From Bacteroidales bacterium (lineage in GTDB: Bacteria; Bacteroidota; Bacteroidia; Bacteroidales; UBA3824): a stretch of 59,739 bases of DNA. The notes under the pieces are model-generated. The model was not told the origin of the DNA. It saw nothing but the letters and a program-made list of their open reading frames with translations, and ran no database searches. The stretch spans positions 1-59,739 of the forward strand of contig JAFPYT010000347.1 in assembly GCA_017394445.1 (NCBI GenBank). The letters run 5' to 3'. This document shows, piece after piece, positions 18,718 to 26,759 of the stretch (within the stretch, counting starts at the first letter, position 1; every line of letters begins with the position of its first letter). Position numbers and translations under genes: made by a program.

Positions 18718-21700
18718 TTACATCCTCACCATTTTTTCAAATTCCTCTTGATTTTCCGAAGCTGAATATTTTGCTACAAATTCGGTGGGAGAGATGCCGT
18801 AGTATTCTTTGAAATGGCTCGAAAAATAACTGTGGCTCGAAAATCCAAGTTTGAACGCTACGTCGGCTACGTTGAGTTTGTTGCGTACCAAAAGTATCGC
18901 TGCCTGACGCATTTTGATTGATTTGATGAGGTTTACGGGCGTGATGTCGAGCAGTTCTTTCAACTTGCGGTTGAGGTGTACGCGGCTGATGCCTACTTTT
19001 GCGCTGAGTTCGTTTACACCGAAATTTGTGTTTTCTAAGTTTTTGTTGATGGTGTCCACTACCTTTTTTAGCAATATCTGGTCGGGACTTTCGGCTTCGA
19101 TTACTGTTTGTGCCGAATGTATGTCGGCTGCCATTCGTGCCGCCATTTTTTCGCGGGTGGTGATGGCGTTGGTAATCGAACTTTTTAGCATATTGATACT
19201 TACGGGCTTGGTAAGGTAATGGTCTACACCAATTTCCACGCAGGTTTGGCGACTTTCTTCGTCGGCTTTGGAGGTGAGCACAATAATTGGTAATAGACTT
19301 GTCTGCGGGTTTTGACGGATTTTTTTGCAGAGGTCGTAGCCGTTGAGTCCGGGCATTACAAGGTCGGTGATTATGGCATCGGGTTTTTCGGCAATTATCT
19401 GGTTGATAGCTTGTTCGGGATGGTTGCATACCACGGGGTTAAACTTGTCGCTTAATGCCATTGATATATAGCCTGTCCATTCCGAATCGTCGTCGATAAA
19501 GAGTATCTTTTTGAGTTTTTTGTTGGTAGTGGTGTCGGCGGGTGTGTCTTGCGCAATATCTACAAATAAATCGTGCTTGGGAGTTTTAACTTCCTCGTTT
19601 TCAGTTTGTTCGTTGATGGTGTAGAATGGCAGCGTAATGGCAAACTCTACGCCTTGTTCTGTGTTGTACGCTTTAATAAAACCTTTGTGTGCGTCGATAA
19701 TCATTTTGGCAATGTGCAGACCTATGCCCGAACCCTCGTGACTGCTGTTGTCGGATGTCTGGTAAAATCGCTCAAATATTTTTTCGCACTCTTCGGGCGG
19801 AATGTGGCTGCCGGAGTTTTCTATTTTGATAGATACAAATGGTTCTTCGGTTTTTTCAATATTAATATTGACAAATCCACCGTCGGGAGTAAATTTAAAC
19901 GCATTCGACAGGATATTAAACACAGCCTTATCGAGATTGTATGGGTCGAAGGCAAATTTTATGTCAAAGTTGTTGGTGTTGAGGTTGATATTGATATTAC
20001 GCATTAGCGACAATTGGTCAAACGATTTTACAATATCGCTGATAAAATCCACAATGTCGGCGTTTTGTAGTTTTAGCACAAATTTGTTGTTGTCGATTTT
20101 GCGGATGTCCATAATTCGGTTTAATTGCGAAGTTACGCGCTGCACATTTCGCCGCATAAGTTGCAGTATAGCCGATTTCTTTTTGTCGTTTTCGGTTTCG
20201 ATAAGCGAGTTGAGAGGTGTTTCTACCAGCGAAAGCGGTGTGCGAATCTCGTGCGAAAGGTTGGTAAACATTTGCAGGCGCATCTCTTTTTTCTGGTTTT
20301 CTTCGCGTTGTATTTTAAGGGTATGTTTGTTTTGCGCTAATGCTTTTATTATCAGTAGTATAATGATACCCACCACTGCGTATGCCAAATATGCCCACCA
20401 AGTGTTGTACCACGGCGGAAGCACCGTTACGGCTATGCTTTTGGATACGCTCTGGGTTTCGTTGTTTTCGATAAAGGCTTTGATTTCAAGGGTGTAATCG
20501 CCTTCGGGAATGTTGGTAAACGACAGTATCCGTGCCAATTGCCTCACGCGGTACCAAGTGTCGTCGAATCCTTTAAGCCGGTATAGGAATTTTATGCGGT
20601 GCTGGTTGGCATATTCGTTGATGCCAAATTGTAGTGTAAACTTGTTTTGGCTGTGTTTCATAGTCATGCGGCTTGCAAGGTTGATGGGTGCGTCGATAAT
20701 GCCCTGCGAATTGCCGAATGTGATGTTTTCGCCTGCCACCGAAAGAGAGTTGAAGTATATTTCGGCGTTGAAAGCGATTTTTTGCAGTCCTTCGGCGGGG
20801 TGGAATATTATCATTCCGTTGTTAGTGCCGAGAAAAAGAGCGCCGTCGTTGCCTTTGTAGATTGCGTTGCTGCAAAATTCGTTGCTTGGCAGTCCGTCCA
20901 TTGTGGTGAATGTTTCGTAGCCGCCTTCTTTTATGGAATAATGCACAAGGCGGTCGTCGGTGCTGTACCAGAGGTTTCCAAAATGGTCGGTGGCCATACT
21001 CAGGATTGTGCCTTTGTGAGCCTTTTCGATAATGCTTGTGAGGGTTTTGGTGTCGGGGTTGTAACGGCATAGCCAATCTTCGCCTCCGAGATAGATGTTT
21101 CCTTCGTTGTCGTCGGTGGCGCAGGCGCACACTTGGTCGGTGATGGTGATGGTGTCGTTTGTGGCGGTGTAAATTATTGTGCTGTTGATCATTACATACC
21201 CGCGTTTGCTTACGTATACGTGGTGCACCCATTGCGGCTGGCTGATGTTGTGTTGCGAGGTTATTTTGCCGTTTTTGAGCGTCAGCACGTGCGTGCCGTT
21301 GCCGAGAGTGCCAGCGTAGAGGGTGTTTGATGCGGTGTCGAATGTCAGGTGCGATATTTTTTGAAATTCGGGATTGGTAAAAAGGTTTTCGATTTTGCCG
21401 TCGGGCTTGCGCACCGAAAGACCTCCGTTGTAGGTGGCAATCCAAAGGTTTCCGTCGTTGTCGGCGGTCATAGCGTTGATAGAGTTGTTTGGCAATCCGT
21501 TTTCGGCAGTGCAGATTCGTGTTTTTTTTCCTCCCTGTTCAAGTTTGATAACGCCTCCGCCATCGGTGCCTGCGTATATTGTGCCGTTACGAGAGCCTAC
21601 AATTGCTGTTACGGGTGCAAGGTTTGGACCAGAACCTTCGTTCATCGCAACGCTTAAAAATGTAAAGTACGCATTACCCCCCCCTATACTATGTTGTTGA

Positions 21701-22740
21701 TTATTAATAATATAGTCGGCTGCCGATTTGGGTACAAACACTCCGCCTTTTTGGTATGCCGCCGCCCAAATGTTGCCTTGTCGGTCTTCAAAAATGTCGT
21801 GTATCTTGCAGTTGTGAAGGTCGATATTGTCGTTGCGCAGCGACGGTGTTATCACTTTTTGGGTGTTGTTGTCGTAGAGCATTAGTCCGTACTCTTCTGA
21901 GCCTATCCAAAATAGGTGGTCGGTGCCTTGCGCCCTCGGATGCATTATTACATTGATGACGCCTGTAATATCGGCTGTGGCTTTGGTGGGTGTAACAATG
22001 TTGTCTTTTTGGTTGTAACGCAGTATGCCTGAATGACTTGTGCCAATAAGTATATCACCTGTTGTGGGCACTTCGGTAACGCTTGTTACTGCACTTGGCA
22101 AAATACCGTCTTGAAAACGTAATGTGCTGCGTGTTAGCGTGTTGAGGTCTATATTTATAAAATTTCCTTCCGAGCTGAATGTCCAAAGATTGTTACGGCT
22201 GTCGATATACATTGCCCCGGGAAACTTGGTATCAATCAGTTGGTTGATAGTGTCGGTTAGCGGTTTTAGAGGTTCAAGTGTGTTGGGGTCTAACGCAGCA
22301 ATGCCGTTACCCGAGCAAGTTACGAGTATTGCGCCGAGTTTTTGGCTCTTTACCACCGACGACACAAAGTAATTGTCTATAACAGTGTCGTTTATGTAAA
22401 CAGGCAACATCTTAAAAGTGTCGGTCATACACTCGTTGAGCACAAGTCCCCGCGATGTGCCAAAAAGTATTCGTTCGCCGTCTAAAAACTCCATACATTT
22501 AACCCACGGCAGAGTAGGGGCGTTGGTATAGCGCAGAGGTTCGCGGCTGAATGTCATTCCGCCATATTTAATTGCTCCGCTTTTGCCTGTAAACCAGACA
22601 TTTCCGTGCGGATCTTGAAAAATCCTATCAATAAGGCTTCCCGGCAATTGGTATTGGCTGTCGAAAAATCTCACTTGCTGTGCTTTGGAGGGCAATGCCG
22701 TTGTTAATAATATAAGGAGCAGGAGGTATACATTTCGCAT
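18718..22740 (-). CDS. Hybrid two-component system sensor kinase/response regulator with AraC-type HTH (PUL regulator, HTCS)
   Basis: 1340 aa. The order is signal peptide, periplasmic propeller-repeat region, TM segment, HisKA (FTNLSHEIRTPLSL), HATPase (GSGIGLHIAKMII), receiver (ILFIDDD...ITDLVMPGLNG), and a C-terminal AraC HTH (GFSSHSYFSSHFKEYYGISP). Confidence 0.92.
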   Translation of the reverse strand: MRNVYLLLLILLTTALPSKAQQVRFFDSQYQLPGSLIDRIFQDPHGNVWFTGKSGAIKYGGMTFSREPLRYTNAPTLPWVKCMEFLDGERILFGTSRGLVLNECMTDTFKMLPVYINDTVIDNYFVSSVVKSQKLGAILVTCSGNGIAALDPNTLEPLKPLTDTINQLIDTKFPGAMYIDSRNNLWTFSSEGNFINIDLNTLTRSTLRFQDGILPSAVTSVTEVPTTGDILIGTSHSGILRYNQKDNIVTPTKATADITGVINVIMHPRAQGTDHLFWIGSEEYGLMLYDNNTQKVITPSLRNDNIDLHNCKIHDIFEDRQGNIWAAAYQKGGVFVPKSAADYIINNQQHSIGGGNAYFTFLSVAMNEGSGPNLAPVTAIVGSRNGTIYAGTDGGGVIKLEQGGKKTRICTAENGLPNNSINAMTADNDGNLWIATYNGGLSVRKPDGKIENLFTNPEFQKISHLTFDTASNTLYAGTLGNGTHVLTLKNGKITSQHNISQPQWVHHVYVSKRGYVMINSTIIYTATNDTITITDQVCACATDDNEGNIYLGGEDWLCRYNPDTKTLTSIIEKAHKGTILSMATDHFGNLWYSTDDRLVHYSIKEGGYETFTTMDGLPSNEFCSNAIYKGNDGALFLGTNNGMIIFHPAEGLQKIAFNAEIYFNSLSVAGENITFGNSQGIIDAPINLASRMTMKHSQNKFTLQFGINEYANQHRIKFLYRLKGFDDTWYRVRQLARILSFTNIPEGDYTLEIKAFIENNETQSVSKSIAVTVLPPWYNTWWAYLAYAVVGIIILLIIKALAQNKHTLKIQREENQKKEMRLQMFTNLSHEIRTPLSLVETPLNSLIETENDKKKSAILQLMRRNVQRVTSQLNRIMDIRKIDNNKFVLKLQNADIVDFISDIVKSFDQLSLMRNININLNTNNFDIKFAFDPYNLDKAVFNILSNAFKFTPDGGFVNINIEKTEEPFVSIKIENSGSHIPPEECEKIFERFYQTSDNSSHEGSGIGLHIAKMIIDAHKGFIKAYNTEQGVEFAITLPFYTINEQTENEEVKTPKHDLFVDIAQDTPADTTTNKKLKKILFIDDDSEWTGYISMALSDKFNPVVCNHPEQAINQIIAEKPDAIITDLVMPGLNGYDLCKKIRQNPQTSLLPIIVLTSKADEESRQTCVEIGVDHYLTKPVSINMLKSSITNAITTREKMAARMAADIHSAQTVIEAESPDQILLKKVVDTINKNLENTNFGVNELSAKVGISRVHLNRKLKELLDITPVNLIKSIKMRQAAILLVRNKLNVADVAFKLGFSSHSYFSSHFKEYYGISPTEFVAKYSASENQEEFEKMVRM

Positions 22741-22842
22741 TATAGTTTTAGTTTTTTATACAGAATTTACAGTTACAGTTTTCAAAATGCAATAATAAAA
22801 GGTTTTTGCTGTAATTGCAAAAATTATTAATAAAAAATTACA

Positions 22843-23994
22843 CTATATCATCAGCAGAATTTTTGCCAATCCAAATCCAAAGTAAGTGCCTATGGCGTAA
22901 CCAAATAGACCAACTGCTATGCCGGGACCTATTACTGCCTTGTTGTGCAATACGCTGCCCATTACCGGTGCAAAGGGCGGACTGCATATCAGCGAAATGC
23001 TTGTGGTGAGGGTGGTGTCGGTGTCTACTCGCATTATGGCGTTGAGCAGCACGTGGAATATCAGTGTGCCAAAGGTTACTATGGTGGTGAAAATAAATAT
23101 GTTGGCATCTACTTCCGACAATACTTTGAGGCTAACTTGCGATGCCACTGCCACGCTGAATATTATGATAAAGAGCGTTCCAAGTTCAAATGTGCGTTTT
23201 ATGGCGCGGACCTTTTTGTTGGTGGAGGCAATTATCGACAGCAGCGAAATTGAGAGTATAAACACCGATTGAAACGCCTCTTTGGGCACGAGTAAAGCAA
23301 TTCCAGCGCCAATGGCAATGATAATAACCGTAAGCAAAAGCGCACGGAAAAGGTCTTTGAGGTTGCTGCGGGTAAATAGTCCGTAAAAAAGTTCGTGGTC
23401 GTGGTTTTCGATTTTGAGGTCTAATTGTTCTTGGTCTTTGTTGTCTTTAAAATCGGGTAGGATAGGGCGGAGGGCTTTTTTGCCGGCAATTATTACAAAA
23501 AATAGGTAAATTGCGCTTGACACGGTGCTGTAAGCCGAAACGAGAATGTAAGTGGCGTCGTCTACTCCGAGTGCAATTTTTAGCGATGCAAGATTGGCAT
23601 TGCCGCCTGTGTATAGTCCTGTTAACATTCCGCCAATAGATGCGTAAGTGGTTGAATTGTCGCCTTTCCCGTAAATAAAATAGCCAATTGCCACTGCCAA
23701 AGCGCAGCCCAAAAGTCCCGCAATGGTAGATTTGATAAACGGTGGTGCAAGCCTTGTCCACGATTTTATATCTGCCGAAAACAGCAGCAGAGGTATTGCA
23801 AACGGTATTGCCACGGTTGCCACGGTGGTTTGCAGTTTGTGGGTTGCCTCGTCGTCGGGAATTATGCCTGTAAGTCCGAGAGCGCAACCAAAAATGTAGG
23901 CTATGATTATGCCTCCCACCTTGTTGAGCGCGGGACTTTTGTAAGTGAGCCACATTATCAGCAGCGGAAGTATGCAGATGAGGATAACTAACAT
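22843..23994 (-). CDS. Polytopic integral membrane protein (DUF819-like)
   Basis: 383 aa and hydrophobic throughout, with about 10 or more TM segments. The DUF819 assignment is from memory of similar Bacteroidales proteins. Confidence 0.45.
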   Translation of the reverse strand: MLVILICILPLLIMWLTYKSPALNKVGGIIIAYIFGCALGLTGIIPDDEATHKLQTTVATVAIPFAIPLLLFSADIKSWTRLAPPFIKSTIAGLLGCALAVAIGYFIYGKGDNSTTYASIGGMLTGLYTGGNANLASLKIALGVDDATYILVSAYSTVSSAIYLFFVIIAGKKALRPILPDFKDNKDQEQLDLKIENHDHELFYGLFTRSNLKDLFRALLLTVIIIAIGAGIALLVPKEAFQSVFILSISLLSIIASTNKKVRAIKRTFELGTLFIIIFSVAVASQVSLKVLSEVDANIFIFTTIVTFGTLIFHVLLNAIMRVDTDTTLTTSISLICSPPFAPVMGSVLHNKAVIGPGIAVGLFGYAIGTYFGFGLAKILLMI

Positions 23995-24104
23995 CGTATT
24001 TTAACTTTTAAAAAAAAGTGCAATAATAAGACGATTTTTTTGAATTTTAAAGAGATTTTTTTTGATAAAACCTTCAAAATATTTGTTTTTTACAAAAAAT
24101 ACCA

Positions 24105-24112
24105 TATATTTG
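24105..24112 (+). promoter_or_regulatory. Bacteroides-type -7 promoter box TATATTTG
   Basis: Matches the TAnnTTTG consensus and lies 32 nt upstream of the ATG at 24144. Confidence 0.5.
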
Positions 24113-24143
24113 TAAGCAAATAATAACTCTAAACATTCACAAT

Positions 24144-24719
24144 ATGGGATTATTCGACGACCTCAGAAAAGCCGCCAATTCGCTTATCAATGCGGCTGAA
24201 AATGCGGCTAAAAACACCCCTCAGGTGCAAGGCCCAAATGCTAACGAACTAAAAAATGCCGCTGACCAACTGCGCAATACTCTTGGCGGACTTGTAAACA
24301 ACACACAGTCAGCCCCCAAGCCGCAACCCAAACCCGCGCAGCCTCCGCAACAGCCGCAGCCAAAACAACCCGAAGTTTACGACGGTGGCACGTTTTGGGA
24401 TTACGAAGATAATATTCCTATCACAAAGAAACTCAGTGATATACTTGCCGAAAAATTCTCGCAATACGAGGTTCGTCGCGATGTTTCGCCCACCGAAATT
24501 GGCGGCACTGGCAAGTTTATGAATTATTCGTTTGGTATTTACCAAGGAGGCTCGCCAAAATTGTTTATAATGATAACTGGCAAAACCACTTTGAGTAACC
24601 GCCTTTACCGTTGGTCGAAAGAGCAGGCGCAGAAAGCCGGCGTTACGTTGATAAACTTTGTGGAGCATTTTCCCAACCGTCCCGAATATGTGTCGGAACG
24701 TCTTGCTAAGTATTTGTAA
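24144..24719 (+). CDS. Hypothetical protein with a P/Q-rich linker
   Basis: 191-aa ORF with a low-complexity stretch (PKPQPKPAQPPQQPQPKQP) followed by a globular C-terminal half. A promoter box lies upstream. I recognise no family. Confidence 0.5.
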   Translation: MGLFDDLRKAANSLINAAENAAKNTPQVQGPNANELKNAADQLRNTLGGLVNNTQSAPKPQPKPAQPPQQPQPKQPEVYDGGTFWDYEDNIPITKKLSDILAEKFSQYEVRRDVSPTEIGGTGKFMNYSFGIYQGGSPKLFIMITGKTTLSNRLYRWSKEQAQKAGVTLINFVEHFPNRPEYVSERLAKYL

Positions 24720-24819
24720 ATAAAGAATTTGTCCTAATATTATAAAAAAAGAGAAAAACGCGGAGCAATCCGCACCTGCGGCGGACAAAGCGTGACACAT
24801 TAAAATAGTTTTGCAGGTA

Positions 24820-24932
24820 ACTGTGTAACGTTCAGTCTGGTATCATAAGCAATTGCTTATTTCAAAGCATTTTTTTCTCACCCCGCACATCCTCTGTACA
24901 TCCCCGCACATCTAAGGATGTACGGGGTTTTT
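24820..24932 (+). ncRNA. Candidate small RNA (about 110 nt) bounded by a -7 box and an intrinsic terminator
   Basis: TAGTTTTG at 24806-24813 matches TAnnTTTG. A 16-nt perfect palindrome ATAAGCAATTGCTTAT lies at 24845-24860. The terminator has an 11-bp stem 24902-24912 / 24917-24927 (one mismatch) plus TTTTT at 24928-24932. A duplicate copy of the 5' arm lies at 24881-24892. There is no ORF. Confidence 0.25.
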
Positions 24933-24972
24933 GAAATATCGTCTTACAGACGATTTGTAATTATTTATAATT

Positions 24973-25440
24973 ATGAAGTGTAAAATATTATTTGCTTTTT
25001 TTATAGCCTTAATGCTCGGCACAGTATCGTGTAGAGATATGCTGATGGATCAGGCGGCGCAAAAAATCAACGCCAAATGCCCGTCGAAAAGTTTCAAGGG
25101 TTTTGTGCTCAATAGCGTTGTGTATCAAGATAATAACTTTGTCTTTGACGTCGCCTTAGAAGATGATGTTATCAAAGAGACCCTTGCTCAATATGGCATC
25201 AGCGAGAGTATGCTCTATTTCGCGCTTGATTTGCTGTCCGACCAATTTACTGCCAAGGGTTCGGTTAAAAACTTTGCCAAAACGCTTGTAGACCTCTCAG
25301 GACGCGATGAAAACTACAAAACGCTCATCGACCTCTGCGTTTCCGAAAAGGTTGGCGCAAAATTCAACCTTCAAATTGGCAACCGCCACAAGTCGCTACT
25401 GATAACAAGTGATGATATTTCCGATGTGGTAACTAATTGA
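24973..25440 (+). CDS. Hypothetical lipoprotein
   Basis: 155 aa with a signal peptide and lipobox (LMLGTVSC). I recognise no family. Confidence 0.55.
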   Translation: MKCKILFAFFIALMLGTVSCRDMLMDQAAQKINAKCPSKSFKGFVLNSVVYQDNNFVFDVALEDDVIKETLAQYGISESMLYFALDLLSDQFTAKGSVKNFAKTLVDLSGRDENYKTLIDLCVSEKVGAKFNLQIGNRHKSLLITSDDISDVVTN

Positions 25441-25463
25441 TAATCAAGATTGATTTTGAAACC

Positions 25464-25534
25464 GCAACCAAAAGTGGGTATTTTACCCCACTTTTGGTTA
25501 TGGTTTTTAAAAAACTGCAACCAAAAGTGGTATG
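25464..25534 (+). promoter_or_regulatory. Three-part repeat (A, A', A) forming mutually exclusive hairpins over the RT start codon
   Basis: A is GCAACCAAAAGTGGGTA at 25464-25480. A' is TACCCCACTTTTGGTT at 25484-25499, the complement of A. A second copy of A, GCAACCAAAAGTGGTA, lies at 25517-25532 and ends on the A of the RT ATG (25532-25534). The A/A' hairpin has 15 bp with a 1-nt bulge and is followed by a TTTTT tract. Confidence 0.5.
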
Positions 25535-26740
25535 AATAGTTTACTAAATTCCCTCTCCGACCATTCTATTTGGCTCGAATTCCTAAAAATCCGAACCGAG
25601 GATGGGCATACCAAAAAAAAGGAACTTGCGCGGTTGAAGGCGTTTGTAGAGAATAAACTTTATGTTGATATTGCAAATAACATTAATTCAGGTAATTATG
25701 TGTTTGATTTTCCTGTAAAGACCGAAATCAACAAGAGCGGCTCCACCAAAAAACGCATTGTCTATCGTTTTGATAGTGAGGAAACTTTGGTGCTGAAACT
25801 ATTGGCGCACCTTTTATATAAATACGACAATAAGTTGAGTCCCGCTTGCTATTCGTTTCGCAAACATCTTACCGCCAAAAATGCTTTTGATAAAATTACT
25901 TCAATTCCGCATCTTGCTGATAAATACGTGCTTAAAGTAGATATTCACAACTATTTTAATTCTATTCCTTCACAACGTCTTGTAGATGAAATCAAAAATG
26001 TGATTGACGACGACCAGCAGTTGTGTCAACTTCTTGTAAAACTTGTATTTGCCAATAAAGCATACTATTACAACGAAAACGGCGAGCGGCTTTTGATTAC
26101 CGAAAACCGAGGTGCTATGGCGGGTGTGCCTGTGTCGGCTTTTTTTGCAAATATCTACTTAACCTCTATGGATGAGGCGTTTACAAAGATTGGTGTGCCA
26201 TATTTCCGTTATTCTGACGATATAATTGTTTTTGCCGATAATGGGGATGATTTACAGCGTTATAAAAATTTGATTTTTAGTATTATAGGAGAAAAAGGGT
26301 TAACAATTAATCCCACAAAAGTGAAAATTTCTGCACCCGGCGAGGAGTGGGAATTTCTTGGTTTTTGTTATCGCAATGGCAATGTTGATTTGGCTTCGGC
26401 AACGTTGCACAAGATAAAATCAAAGATAAAGCGTAAGGCTAAGGCTTTGATGCGCAGCAAAATACGCAAGGACAGAAGTTTCGATGACGTGGCTGCCGAC
26501 CTTATCGACCATTTTAACCGTAAATTCTACCGAGAGTTTTCGGACAATGATTTTACTTGGTGCCGATGGTTTTTCCCAGTTATCACCACCGCCGAAAGTC
26601 TTAAAGCAATCGACAACTATCTTGTTGAGTATGTGCGATTTTTGCGCAGTGGACGGCATACCAAAAAGAATTTCGTGGTTGATTACACCGAAATCAAAGA
26701 ATTAGGATTCAAGAGCCTTGTAAATGCATATTATGGATAA
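25532..26740 (+). CDS. Stand-alone reverse transcriptase (RNA-directed DNA polymerase), unclassified lineage
   Basis: 402 aa. RT motifs run in order: KKRIVYRF, LVLKLLAHLL, YVLKVDIHNYFNSI, RGAMAGVPVSAFFANIYL, and the catalytic YFRYSDDIIVFA (YSDD = nt 26210-26221). These are followed by GLTINPTKVKI and WEFLGFCY, then a thumb-like tail of about 120 aa. Confidence 0.85.
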   Translation: MNSLLNSLSDHSIWLEFLKIRTEDGHTKKKELARLKAFVENKLYVDIANNINSGNYVFDFPVKTEINKSGSTKKRIVYRFDSEETLVLKLLAHLLYKYDNKLSPACYSFRKHLTAKNAFDKITSIPHLADKYVLKVDIHNYFNSIPSQRLVDEIKNVIDDDQQLCQLLVKLVFANKAYYYNENGERLLITENRGAMAGVPVSAFFANIYLTSMDEAFTKIGVPYFRYSDDIIVFADNGDDLQRYKNLIFSIIGEKGLTINPTKVKISAPGEEWEFLGFCYRNGNVDLASATLHKIKSKIKRKAKALMRSKIRKDRSFDDVAADLIDHFNRKFYREFSDNDFTWCRWFFPVITTAESLKAIDNYLVEYVRFLRSGRHTKKNFVVDYTEIKELGFKSLVNAYYG

Positions 26741-26759
26741 TTCAATGATGAAAAATGTT

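Noticed and set aside
18737-19429. 230-aa alternative-frame ORF, R/K/Q/P-rich
   Set aside because: It shares the strand with the HTCS gene but lies in another frame. Its low-complexity basic composition is typical of off-frame translation.
20822-21445. 207-aa R/H/Q-rich ORF
   Set aside because: It is an off-frame ORF inside the HTCS gene with an implausible composition.
25441-26740. The RT as a retron, group II intron or DGR
   Set aside because: Retron: the only inverted repeats flank 17-18 nt, too short for msr-msd, and there is no x-V-T-G motif. Group II intron: only 91 nt upstream and 19 nt downstream, so there is no room for ribozyme domains, and I saw no domain V-like hairpin. DGR: I saw no template/variable repeat pair of about 100 bp and no SQ-type RT4 motif. 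All three should still be tested with Infernal or myRT.
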